A stretch of 63,940 nt of DNA, filler included, from Vicugna vicugna (GCA_013265495.1; 76 parts of 73 records of this genome joined end to end with filler, not necessarily neighbours in it), one strand, 5' to 3'. Counted from the first letter of the whole stretch, positions 50,159-62,408 are shown. Notes: generated by a model from the sequence alone, not told the origin. Numbers and translations: made by a program.

Positions 50159-50713
50159 CAGGTGTGAGATGATAACATTGTAGTTTGGAGCTGCATTTCT
50201 CTGTTATTGAGCGATATTGAGCATTTTTTTATATGCCTATTGGCCATTGTGTGTCTTCATTGGAGAATTGCTTGTTTAGTTGTTCTGCCCATTTTTGGAT
50301 TTGGTTGTTTATTTTTTTCTTATTAAGTTGTATGAACTATTTATATAGTCTAGAAATTAAGCCATGGTCAGTCTCATCTTTTGCAAATANNNNNNNNNNN
50401 NNNNNNNNNNNNNNNNNNNNNNNNNNNNNNNNNNNNNNNNNNNNNNNNNNNNNNNNNNNNNNNNNNNNNNNNNNNNNNNNNNNNNNNNNNNNNNNNNNNN
50501 NNNNNNNNNNNNNNNNNNNNNNNNNNNNNNNNNNNCTGAGATGTAAATAATGTTTTACCTATGTTTTCTTGTGAGAAGTTTATAGTGTCTTGTCTAATAT
50601 TTAAGCCTTTAAGCCATTTTGAGTTTGTTTCTTTTTGGGTTTTTTGCGATTCTATTGTATGCTTTTGCTTTGTGGTTACCTTATTCTTCAAATATATCAA
50701 ACCATTACTATAT
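50159..50713 (-). mobile_element. L1 ORF2 C-terminal fragment
   Basis: Reverse-complement homologue of 24310-24545. Confidence 0.9.
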
Positions 50714-51795
50714 NNNNNNNNNNNNNNNNNNNNNNNNNNNNNNNNNNNNNNNNNNNNTTAATTAATTAANNNNNNNNNNNNNNNNNNNNNNNNNNNNNNN
50801 NNNNNNNNNNNNNAAATACACAATACTGCATTTCCATAAAGTGTGGGTCAGGAGTAAAGCAGTCTAATATTTTTTGAGGCTTTCATTTATAACCTAGCAA
50901 TTCCAGGATTTCTGTTATTCTGTCCACAGTCTTTAATTTTCTAATAAATAAAATTAAGCCACTAAATTTCAGTGAGGAAGTCACAAATAAACTATTAGAA
51001 AAGCCAGAGACTTTCAAATTATGAATGAAGATAGCAACTGATTAATTAATTTATAATTCGTTACACAAACATGAAACTATAAAGGATATTTCACTTACTG
51101 CGGCACTCTGAGGTTTACTACCAGCGGCCCAGGTAGTTCTTCTGTGTCTGGATGGTTCCAAAGTCTGGCATTATATAGAGNNNNNNNNNNNNNNNNNNNN
51201 NNNNNNNNNNNNNNNNNNNNNNNNNNNNNNNNNNNNNNNNNNNNNNNNNNNNNNNNNNNNNNNNNNNNNNNNNNNNNNNNNNNNNNNNNNNNNNNNNNNN
51301 NNNNNNNNNNNNNNNNNNNNNNNNNNNNNNNNNNNNNNNNNNNNNNNNNNNNNNNNNNNNNNNNNNNNNNNNNNNNNNNNNNNNNNNNNNNNNNNNNNNN
51401 NNNNNNNNNNNNNNNNNNNNNNNNNNNNNNNNNNNNNNNTATGTTCTGATAGAAATGATACAAACAAAAGAGAGGGAAGGGGGAGGAGAGAACTGACATG
51501 TGATGCAACTAAAGTTTTAACTTTTCAGAAGTCACAGCTACATCTATATAATATTTATCTTAGGATACTGTAGCTTTTTTTTTCTTTTTGAGGTATGGTT
51601 GGCACACACATTAGGTCAGTTTCAAATGAGTAACATAATCATTCCATACCTGTACATATTGTGAAACAGTCACCGCAAGTCAGTTGATGAGTCCANNNNN
51701 NNNNNNNNNNNNNNNNNNNNNNNNNNNNNNNNNNNNNNNTTAATTAATTAANNNNNNNNNNNNNNNNNNNNNNNNNNNNNNNNNNNNNNNNNNNN

Positions 51796-52300
51796 GTATA
51801 AGCGGCGGCAAAAGCGCGGTGTTCAGGAACTACTAATACCTGGGTTGCCACGAACCACAGCAGCGGCTGGGACCCGCCTCAGGATCTTAACGGGACGCGC
51901 GGCCGGGACCTCACCTCCGCACCCCTCCCTGGGCGCATCCTCAGCTGCACAGCCCAGGAGTCACCCGCAGGCTCCCGAGCAGCGCGCCCCCACCAGCGCC
52001 NNNNNNNNNNNNNNNNNNNNNNNNNNNNNNNNNNNNNNNNNNNNNNNNNNNNNNNNNNNNNNNNNNNNNNNNNNNNNNNNNNNNNNNNNNNNNNNNNNNN
52101 NNNNNNNNNNNNNNNNNNNNCGCCAGCTTCGTTCTGGGTGGGTTCCGGCTCCGCGCGTCTGCCCGTCTGCGCGTGCGCGCCCCTCCTCCTCCCGCCCGCA
52201 GCGCAAACCGCTCTGGTGGGTCTCCTGCTTTACCGGCCCTGGCCCCTGGCGCTGGGAGGAGCCAGGTGGGGCCCCTCCTGCTCGTCCCGCCGGGTCTCCA
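51796..52300. promoter_or_regulatory. CpG-island/promoter-like fragment
   Basis: CpG-rich, with NRF1-like GCGCGTGCGC (~52169), ETS-like TTCCGG (~52143) and RFX X-box-like GTTGCCACGAAC (~51844). Confidence 0.55.
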
Positions 52301-52797
52301 TCCCCAGAGCCTTCACCTAGCCATCGACTGGGTCCTGGCACTGAACTAGAACCACGACTGCCCTAGGCCAGGCCTCACCCACCCAGCCCCACTTCCCCTG
52401 CTCAACTTCCCCTCCCTGTTACTACCCTCCCACAACTGGCCAGGCCCAGTCTCCCACCAGACCTTGAAGACAGGGCTCCTTCTCCTCACACCGAGGTCCC
52501 TGCCCTGACACTCCATCCTGCTAGGTCCTAACCTATGGCCCCTACACCCACAAGCTTACCCCTCATGCCTCAGCACAGGACACCCAACATCCTGAAATTG
52601 TCCCCCCCACCTCTCAGCCAGGTCATTTCCACTCTGATTGGGCCCCACACCCCTCAACCTTTACCCCCACACCATGGGATCCCCTTCACTCTGAGTGNNN
52701 NNNNNNNNNNNNNNNNNNNNNNNNNNNNNNNNNNNNNNNNNTTAATTAATTAANNNNNNNNNNNNNNNNNNNNNNNNNNNNNNNNNNNNNNNNNNNN

Positions 52798-53953
52798 GAA
52801 GGGAACACAAAGTTTCTTGTCACTTGCAAACACCACTCCATAGAAATATAAGGGGAAGAACAAGCTCCAACTCGGTTTTACAGTGCAAACTGCAGGAACT
52901 ACAAACCGGCACTAGGAAGCAGACTGAGAATCAAGAGTACGTGTTTCTCCTACAACCCTTTCCCTTTGTGCGGGATGAAAGAACGTCTCTCCACATGCTC
53001 AGTTCGGAGAGATAAGTGTGTGTGAAGGCCGTCCTTCACCTACCTTGAAGGGAACACAAAGTTTCTTGTCACTTGCAAACACCACTCCATAGAAATATAA
53101 GGGGAAGAACAAGCTCCAACTCGGTTTTACAGTGCAAACTGCAGGAACTACAAACCGGCACTAGGAAGCAGACTGAGAATCAAGAGTACGTGTTTCTCCT
53201 ACAACCCTTTCCCTTTGTGCGGGATGAAAGAACGTCTCTCCACATGCTCAGTTCTGAGAGATAAGTGTGTGTGAAAGCCGTCCTTCACCTANNNNNNNNN
53301 NNNNNNNNNNNNNNNNNNNNNNNNNNNNNNNNNNNNNNNNNNNNNNNNNNNNNNNNNNNNNNNNNNNNNNNNNNNNNNNNNNNNNNNNNNNNNNNNNNNN
53401 NNNNNNNNNNNNNNNNNNNNNNNNNNNNNNNNNNNNNNNNNNNNNNNNNNNNNNNNNNNNNNNNNNNNNNNNNNNNNNNNNNNNNNNNNNNNNNNNNNNN
53501 NNNNNNNNNNNNNNNNNNNNNNNNNNNNNNNNNNNNNNNNNNNNNNNNNNNNNNNNNNNNNNNNNNNNNNNNNNNNNNNNNNNNNNNNNNNNNNNNNNNN
53601 NNNNNNNNNNTTTACAGTGCAAACATCAGCAACTTAAAACCGGCACTAGGAAACAGACTGAGAAACCAGAGTAAGTGTTTCCCTGCAAACTGTTCCCTTT
53701 GTTCTGGATGAACGAACGTCTCTCCTCATGCTCAGATTTGAGAGATAATTGTGTGCGAAAGCCGTCCTTCAACTAGCTTGAAGGGAACACAAAGTTTCTA
53801 TTCAGTTGCAAACTCCAGCCCTTACATATATAAGGGGAGGTAAATCTCTAACTCGGATTTACGGTGCATACTGGAGGAACTTCAAAACGGCACTAGGAAA
53901 CACACAGCGAAACCAGAGTTAGTGTTTCCCTGCAACCCGTTCCCTTTGTGCTG
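52798..53953 (+). repeat. Satellite B array (249 bp)
   Basis: GGGAACACAAAGTTTC at 52801 and 53050; the ORF track shows identical ORFs 249 bp apart. Confidence 0.96.
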
Positions 53954-54053
53954 NNNNNNNNNNNNNNNNNNNNNNNNNNNNNNNNNNNNNNNNNNNNTTA
54001 ATTAATTAANNNNNNNNNNNNNNNNNNNNNNNNNNNNNNNNNNNNNNNNNNNN

Positions 54054-54737
54054 TCGTAATACGGAAATCCATGGTTATGTAAACAGTGTAAATTACATAT
54101 GTATTGCTGAGAATTCGCACAAAGAGTGTTTTCTGGTGCCAAATGTCCTATTTTAGAACCTGGTGATAGGAAAAAACTATGAAGTCAGTGTAAATATTTC
54201 TAAGTTTATATACGCCTTGTTCGGAGGCTGAAAGATCTGTAATCCACATGCTCACAAGTCAGAAATGCATGATTGCCAAATCCGTCATACATGTAGTATG
54301 TACGGAACCCGGAATGCCATGTTGTCGGAATACATTTAAATTAAATATTTGTTAGGTGGAAATAGTTCCAGAAATATTTTTCTGTAAAAAATGCATGAAT
54401 TCGAACCTGGTGTTAGGGAAAGTTTCTGAAAATGTGTACACGTGTCTAGATGAAACTATTCCTTTTATAGAGGAGGAAAGATTAGTAATCAAAATGGTCT
54501 CAACTCAGGAATGCATGTTTGTCAAATCCATCATGTATGTAGCATATACGGAACACGGAATATCATGTAGATGGAATCTATTCAAATTACATATCTCTAG
54601 GGTAGAATTCGCTCCAAGAGGGTTTTTCTCGGATCAAAGTGTGATTTTTGAATCTGGTGATAGGAAGAAGCTACAAAGTCAAAATAATTCACAGTGCATA
54701 TGTAACATGTTTGGTGGTTGAAACATCAGTCATGCAC
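54054..54737 (+). repeat. Satellite C, ungapped c-a-b-c series
   Basis: Subunit anchors at 54242, 54488 and 54732. Confidence 0.93.
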
Positions 54738-54837
54738 NNNNNNNNNNNNNNNNNNNNNNNNNNNNNNNNNNNNNNNNNNNNTTAATTAATTAANNNNNNN
54801 NNNNNNNNNNNNNNNNNNNNNNNNNNNNNNNNNNNNN

Positions 54838-55866
54838 CGCACTGACAATGGTTCCGGAATCCTGAGCGTGGGGAAGTTCCACCAAAGTTGGCAGCGCGTG
54901 GGTTCAAACGGAATGCCTAAGCTCGTCTCCCCTGAGGGTTTTCCTAATGTCTCTGTGCCAGGCAATGCTAGGTGTAATTGCAGGATATCCCAGTGTCAGA
55001 GGCTGCCTCCCCAAGATCAGGGAAGGTATTTCTCGGACTTCCCCGAACAGGGAACACCTGTGACTGAAGAGACCTGCGTGAAGTTGCCTCTCGTGCTCCC
55101 CCACGCACTGACAATAGTTCCGGAATCCTGAGCGTGGGGAGGTTCCACCAACGTTCGGCAGCGCGTGGGTTCTAACGGAATGCCTAAGCTCGTCTCCCCT
55201 GAGGGTTATCCTAATGTCTCTGTGCCAGGGAATGCTAGGGGTGATTGCAGGATATCCCAGTTTTTGAGGCTGCCTCCCCAAGATCAGGGAAGGTATTTCT
55301 CTGGCTTCCCTAAAGAGGGAACACCTGTGACTGAATAGAGTTGCGTGGAACTGTCTCTCGAGCTCCCCCACGCACTGACAATGTTTCCGGAATCCTGAGC
55401 GTGGGGAGGTTCCACCAACGGTCGGCAGCGCGTGGGTTCTAACGGAATGCCTAAGCTCGTCTCCCCTGGTGTTTTCCTAATGTCTCTGTGCCAGGGAATG
55501 CTAGGGGGGATTGCAGGATATCCCAGTGTCAGAGGCAGCCTCCACAAGGNNNNNNNNNNNNNNNNNNNNNNNNNNNNNNNNNNNNNNNNNNNNNNNNNNN
55601 NNNNNNNNNNNNNNNNNNNNNNNNNNNNNNNNNNNNNNNNNNNNNNNNNNNNNNNNNNNNNNNNNNNNNNNNNNNNNNNNNNNNNNNNNNNNNNNNNNNN
55701 NNNNNNNNNNNNNNNNNNNNNNNNNNNNNNNNNNNNNNNNNNNNNNNNNNNNNNNNNNNNNNNTATCCCAGGGCGTTGCCTCCTCAAGGTCAGGGAAGAT
55801 ATTTCTGGTACTTCCCCGAAGAGGGAACACCTGCGAATGAAGAGAGCTGCGTGGAGTTGTCTCTCG
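54838..55866 (-). repeat. Satellite A array
   Basis: GCAGCGCGTGGGTT at 54891, 55158 and 55425 gives an exact 267-bp period. Confidence 0.97.
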
Positions 55867-55966
55867 NNNNNNNNNNNNNNNNNNNNNNNNNNNNNNNNNN
55901 NNNNNNNNNNTTAATTAATTAANNNNNNNNNNNNNNNNNNNNNNNNNNNNNNNNNNNNNNNNNNNN

Positions 55967-56412
55967 GCTGCCGACCGTTGGTGGAACCTCCCCACGCTCA
56001 TGATTCCGGGAACGTTGTCATTGGGTGTGGGAGCTCGAGGGACAACTCCACGCAGCTCTCTTTATTCACAGGTGTTCCCTGTTCGGTGAAGTCCGAGAAA
56101 TACCTTCCCTGACCTTGGGGAGGCAGCCTCGGACACTGGGATATCCTGCAATANNNNNNNNNNNNNNNNNNNNNNNNNNNNNNNNNNNNNNNNNACGAGC
56201 TTAGGAATTCCGTTAGAACCCACGCGCTGCCGACCGTTGGTGGAACCTCCCCACGCACAGGATTCCGGAATCGTTGTCAGTGCGTGGGGGAGCTCAAGAG
56301 ACAGCTCCACGCAGCTGACTTCAGTCACAGGAGTTCCCTGTTCGGGGATGTCCGAGAAATACATTAAATGATATTGGGAGGCAGCCTCGGTCACTGGGAT
56401 ATCCTGCAATCA
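55967..56412 (+). repeat. Satellite A
   Basis: Standard motifs. Confidence 0.95.
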
Positions 56413-56512
56413 NNNNNNNNNNNNNNNNNNNNNNNNNNNNNNNNNNNNNNNNNNNNTTAATTAATTAANNNNNNNNNNNNNNNNNNNNNNNNNNNNNNNN
56501 NNNNNNNNNNNN

Positions 56513-57223
56513 CCGTATTCTATATTCTTTATACTAAGTTCTACATTCTATATTCTATATTCTATCATCAGTATTCTGTATTCTATATTGTAAATTCTGT
56601 GTTCTGCATTCCATGTTCTGAATTAAGGGTTTAATATACTTTATTCTATATTCTATATTCTGTGTTCCTCACACAATATTCTAAGTACTATATTCAGTAT
56701 TCTCTATTCTATATTCTAAATTCTGTGTGCTGCATTCCATGTTCTAAATTCTGTGTTTTATGTTCTCAATTCTATATCCTATATTTTGTATTCTTCATTC
56801 TATATTCTTCATTCTATATTCTGCATTCCGTATTCTATATTCTTTATTCTGTGTTTTACATTCTATATTCTAAATTCAATATTCAGTATTCTGTATTCTA
56901 TATTCTAAATTTTGTGTTCTGTATTCCTTGTTTTAAATTCTGGTTTCTGTATACTCTATTATATATCCTGTGTTTTGCATTCTATATTCAAATTCCTATA
57001 TTCAGTATTTGTATTTATATTCGAAGTTCTGTGTTCTGCACGAAGTTCTGTGTTCTGCATTCCATGTTCTAAATCCTTTCTTCTATATACTCTATTCTAT
57101 ATTCTATATTTTGCGTACTTCATTCTATAGCCTACAATCTATATTTTGCATTCCGTATTCTATATTCGATATTCTTTGTTCTACATTCTATATTCTAAAT
57201 TCTATTTTAAGTAATCTCTATAC
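56513..57223 (-). repeat. Satellite E (ATATTCT)n
   Basis: Reverse complement of the heptamer satellite, including CATTCCATG. Confidence 0.95.
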
Positions 57224-57323
57224 NNNNNNNNNNNNNNNNNNNNNNNNNNNNNNNNNNNNNNNNNNNNTTAATTAATTAANNNNNNNNNNNNNNNNNNNNN
57301 NNNNNNNNNNNNNNNNNNNNNNN

Positions 57324-58108
57324 TGGAGATGTTTAAACTACCACCCACAACTTGGGAATTACTGTGACTCCTGAAAATTGCGTGTGCTTTTTCCCCACGT
57401 CCAGCACACACAGGAAGAAGTGTTCTGGGGTTCTGAGTGTGGGGAGGTTCCTCCAAATGGGTTGTAATAGAATCCTTTAGCTTGACTTCCCTAAGTGTTT
57501 TCCTAGGCCTAGCAGTAAGCGATGGTGTGGTATGGGCTCTAAAGCCAAGTATTAGCGAGTGCATCTCTGTGGGTAGTGGAGGGTTTTAAACTACTTCCCC
57601 AACCTTGGAACACCTGTGCCACATAAAGATGCGTGGAATCTGTTTCACCACCACCATCACACACACGGAGACGTACTCAGGTGTCCTGATGGTGGGGAGG
57701 ATCCTCCAAATGACAGCAGCGCCTGGGTTCTAATAGAAACCCTTAGCTTGTATTCCCTGATGACATGCCTAGGCTGGAGAGTGGGGAAAAGTGGGGGTTG
57801 GGCTCTAAACCAAGTATTAGCGAGACCCTATCCATGGGATGTGGGTTTTTAAAGTACAACCCACAACCATGGAATAAATGTGCCCCCTGAAGATGCTTTG
57901 AGTTTTCCCTACATCCAGCACACACACGAAGATAAGCTCTGGTATTCTGAGTGTGGGGAAGTTCTTCAAACTGACAGCAGCACCTGGATTCTATTAGTAT
58001 CCCTTAGCTTCTGTTTCCTGAGTGTCTTTAAGCCAGGCCATGAGGGAAAGCTGGGGGTTGGGTTTGGAGGCCACGTAGCAGTGAGAGCCCCCTGATCCAC
58101 TGAGGAAG
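57324..58108 (-). repeat. Satellite D, ~3 monomer types
   Basis: TAwTAG anchors at 57465, 57731 and 57992. Confidence 0.92.
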
Positions 58109-58208
58109 NNNNNNNNNNNNNNNNNNNNNNNNNNNNNNNNNNNNNNNNNNNNTTAATTAATTAANNNNNNNNNNNNNNNNNNNNNNNNNNNNNNNNNNNN
58201 NNNNNNNN

Positions 58209-59564
58209 ACTTGAATTTCTGAGTTGTGAACATGCGCATGACTGAAGCTCAAAAACCAATTTACCTATGTATATTGATATATTTATTTTGACTTCGTAGT
58301 TTCTAACGATCACCAGTTTCAAGAATCACACTTTGATCCCAGAAAGAACCTCTTGGAGCAAATTCTAACCTAGAGATATGTAATTTGAATAGATTTCATC
58401 TACAAGATATTCCGTGTTCCNNNNNNNNNNNNNNNNNNNNNNNNNNNNNNNNNNNNNNNNNNNNNNNNNNNNNNNNNNNNNNNNNNNNNNNNNNNNNNNN
58501 NNNNNNNNNNNNNNNNNNNNNNNNNNNNNNNNNNNNNNNNNNNNNNNNNNNNNNNNNNNNNNNNNNNNNNNNNNNNNNNNNNNNNNNNNNNNNNNNNNNN
58601 NNNNNNNNNNNNNNNNNNNNNNNNNNNNNNNNNNNNNNNNNNNNNNNNNNNNNNNNNNNNNNNNNNNNNNNNNNNNNNNNNNNNNNNNNNNNNNNNNNNN
58701 NNNNNNNNNNNNNNNNNNNNNNNNNNNNNNNNNNNNNNNNNNNNNNNNNNNNNNNNNNNNNNNNNNNNNNNNNNNNNNNNNNNNNNNNNNNNNNNNNNNN
58801 NNNNNNNNNNNNNNNNNNNNNNNNNNNNNNNNNNNNNNNNNNNNNNNNNNNNNNNNNNNNNNNNNNNNNNNNNNNNNNNNNNNNNNNNNNNNNNNNNNNN
58901 NNNNNNNNNNNNNNNNNNNNNNNNNNNNNNNNNNNNNNNNNNNNNNNNNNNNNNNNNNNNNNNNNNNNNNNNNNNNNNNNNNNNNNNNNNNNNNNNNNNN
59001 NNNNNNNNNNNNNNNNNNNNNNNNNNNNNNNNNNNNNNNNNNNNNNNNNNNNNNNNNNNNNNNNNNNNNNNNNNNNNNNNNNNNNNNNNNNNNNNNNNNN
59101 NNNNNNNNNNNNNNNNNNNNNNNNNNNNNNNNNNNNNNNNNNNNNNNNNNNNNNNNNNNNNNNNNNNNNNNNNNNNNNNNNNNNNNNNNNNNNNNNNNNN
59201 NNNNNNNNNNNNNNNNNNNNNNNNNNNNNNNNNNNNNNGTAAATAAAATATCTTTCATCCTCTATAAAAGGAATATTATCATCTAGACTCGTGTACACAT
59301 TTTCACAAGCTTTCCCTAACACCAGTTTCGAATTCGTTGTTTTTTCACAGAAAAATAGTTCTGGAGCGATTTCAACCTAACAGATATTTTATTTACATGA
59401 ATTCCACCAACATGGCATTCCGGGATCCGTACATGCTACATGTATGACGGATTTGGCAATCATGCGTTTCTGACTTGTGAGCATGTGAATTACTGACCTT
59501 TCATCCTCCGAACTAGGCCTATATAGACTTAGACATATTTACTCTGACGTCATAGGTTTTTCCT
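58209..59564 (-). repeat. Satellite C, gapped
   Basis: Reverse-complement monomer motifs. Confidence 0.92.
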
Positions 59565-59664
59565 NNNNNNNNNNNNNNNNNNNNNNNNNNNNNNNNNNNN
59601 NNNNNNNNTTAATTAATTAANNNNNNNNNNNNNNNNNNNNNNNNNNNNNNNNNNNNNNNNNNNN

Positions 59665-60500
59665 AACATCCCTGAACTTGCTGAGGCAGCGTCGGTCACT
59701 GGGATATCCTGCAATCCCGCCTAGCATTCCCTAGCAGAGAGATATTAGGAAAATCCTCAGGGGAGACGAGCTTAGGCATTCCGTTAGAACCCACGCGCTG
59801 CCGACCGTTGGTGGTACCTCCCCACGCTCAGGATTCCGGAAATATTGTCAATGCGTGGGGGAGCTCGAGAGACAACTCCACGCAGCTCTCTTCAGTCACA
59901 GGTTTTCCCTGTTCGGGGAAGTCCGAGAAGTACCTTCCCTGACCTTGTGGAGGCAGCCATCCTGCAATCAACCCTAGCATTTTCTGGCACAGAGATATTA
60001 GGAAAAAACTCAGGGGAGACGAGCTTAGGCATTATGTTAGAACCCACGCGCTGCCGACCGTTGGTGGAACCTCCCCACGCTCAGGATTCCGGAAACATTG
60101 TCAGTGCTTGGGGGAGCTCGAGAGACAACTCCAAGAAGCTCTCTTAATTCACAGGGGTTACCTGTTCTGGGAAGTCTGAGAAATACTTTCCCTGACCTTG
60201 GGGAGGCAGCCTCGTGCACTGGGATATCCTGCAATCACCGCTAGCATTCCCTGGCACAGAGATATTAGGAAAACCCTCAGGGGAGACGAGATTAGGCATT
60301 CCGTTAGAACCCACGCGCTGCCGACCGTTGGTGGAACCTCCCCACCCTCAGGATTCCGGAACCATTGTCAGTGCGTGGGGGAGCTCGAGAGACAACTCCA
60401 CACAGCTCTGTTCAGTCACAGCTGTTCCGTGTTAGGGGAAGTCCAAGAAATAACTTCTTTGACCTTGGGGAGTCAGCCTCTGACACTGGGATATTCTGCA
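59665..60500 (+). repeat. Satellite A array (~3 monomers)
   Basis: Standard motifs; one monomer has a ~14-bp deletion near 59958. Confidence 0.96.
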
Positions 60501-60899
60501 NNNNNNNNNNNNNNNNNNNNNNNNNNNNNNNNNNNNNNNNNNNNTTAATTAATTAANNNNNNNNNNNNNNNNNNNNNNNNNNNNNNNNNNNNNNNNNNNN
60601 AAAGTATACCATCTTTCCAGTTAGGAGGTTATTTTAGATGCAGAAGTGTTTCTTAATTTTCTTTCTTTCTTTCTTTCTTTTTTCTTTTTTGTAATTTAAT
60701 TCTTTAGAAGGTCCAATAAAGATTGAAGGAGAAAGGAGGAAAGAAAAGCTGTCAGGGGTGAACATGAAATCATAAAACTTGCCAGATTTTAACTATTTTC
60801 CCAGTTAAAGTAGTTCTCTTTGCTCCAATTTAAAGAAACAACTTATAGTTTCCCATTTTTCATAATTCTTCAAAAATATATGTTGATTTAATAGTATTT

Positions 60900-61010
60900 T
60901 ACAGGGGGGAGGGGTGTGAGTAGGGACAGACTGGAAGTTCAAGATTTGTAAATACTGACAGGTATATATAGAATAGATAAACAAGCTTATACTGTATAGC
61001 ACAGGACAGG
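60900..61010 (+). mobile_element. L1 3'UTR fragment (artiodactyl type)
   Basis: GGGACAGACTGGAAGTTCAAGATTTGTAAATACTG..ATAGATAAACAAG..ATACTGTATAGCACAGG. Confidence 0.75.
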
Positions 61011-61702
61011 NNNNNNNNNNNNNNNNNNNNNNNNNNNNNNNNNNNNNNNNNNNNNNNNNNNNNNNNNNNNNNNNNNNNNNNNNNNNNNNNNNNNNNNNNN
61101 NNNNNNNNNNNNNNNNNNNNNNNNNNNNNNNNNNNNNNNNNNNNNNNNNNNNNNNNNNNNNNNNNNNNNNNNNNNNNNNNNNNNNNNNNNNNNNNNNNNN
61201 NNNNNNNNNNNNNNNNNNNNNNNNNNNNNNNNNNNNNNNNNNNNNNNNNNNNNNNNNNNNNNNNNNNNNNNNNNNNNNNNNNNNNNNNNNNNNNNNNNNN
61301 NNNNNNNNNNNNNNNNNNNNNNNNNNNNNNNNNNNNNNNNNNNNNNNNNNNNNNNNNNNNNNNNNNNNNNNNNNNNNNNNNNNNNNNNNNNNNNNNNNTC
61401 TGATAAGCCTATGATGCCCATTTAAATCAATCAGTTGCTCCATTGTCAGTTATCAGCCAGGATCTAATTTGATGTCTTTATAAAATATAAATACATATAA
61501 AAATAATATAAACCTACTATAAACAGAAATGACTTGCTTAGTAATATGAAAACTGAACAGCTATTTTTATCTCATTTAAAATGATGCCCTCAATTACTTT
61601 ATNNNNNNNNNNNNNNNNNNNNNNNNNNNNNNNNNNNNNNNNNNNNTTAATTAATTAANNNNNNNNNNNNNNNNNNNNNNNNNNNNNNNNNNNNNNNNNN
61701 NN

Positions 61703-62408
61703 AAAACCCTCAGGGGAGACGAGCTTAGGCATTCCGTTGAACCCACGTTCTGCCGACCGTTGGTGGAACCTCCGCACACTCAGGAATCCGGAAAAATTGT
61801 CAGTGCGTGGGGGAGCTCGAGGGACAACTCCACGCAGCTCTCTTCAGTCACAGGTGTTCCCTGTACGGGGAAGACCGATAAAAATCTTCCCTGAACTTGG
61901 GGTGGCAGCCTCTGACACAGGGATAACCTGCAATCACCCCTAGCATTCCCTGGCAAAGAGAAATTAGGAAAACCCTCATGGGAGACGAGCTTAGGCATTC
62001 CGTTGAACCCACGTTCTGCCGACCGTTGGTGGAACCTCCGCACACTCAGGAATCCGGAAAAATTGTCAGTGCGTGGGGGAGCTCGAGAGACAACTCCACG
62101 CAGCTCTCTTCAGTCACAGGTGTTCCCTGTTCGGGGAAGTCCGAGAAATACCTTCCCTGACCTTGGGGAGGCAGCATCTGACACTGGGATATCCTGAAAT
62201 CACCCCTATCATTCCCTGGCACACTGACATTAGGAAAACCCGCAGGGGAGACGAGGTTAGGCTTTCCGTTAGAACCCACGCGCTGCCGACATTTAGTGGA
62301 ACCTCCCCACGCTGAGGATTCCGAAACCATTGTCAGTGCGTGGGGGAGCTCGGGAGACAACTCCATGCAGCTCTCTTCAGTCACAGGTGTTCTCTGTTCG
62401 GGGAAGTC
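61703..62408 (+). repeat. Satellite A array
   Basis: AAAACCCTCA at 61703 and 61969. Confidence 0.96.

Noticed and set aside
52824..53264. Two identical 63-aa ORFs
   Set aside because: Adjacent 249-bp satellite B monomers.
56662..57275. Hydrophobic Tyr/Ile/Leu/Phe ORFs resembling membrane proteins
   Set aside because: Translation of the (ATATTCT)n heptamer satellite.
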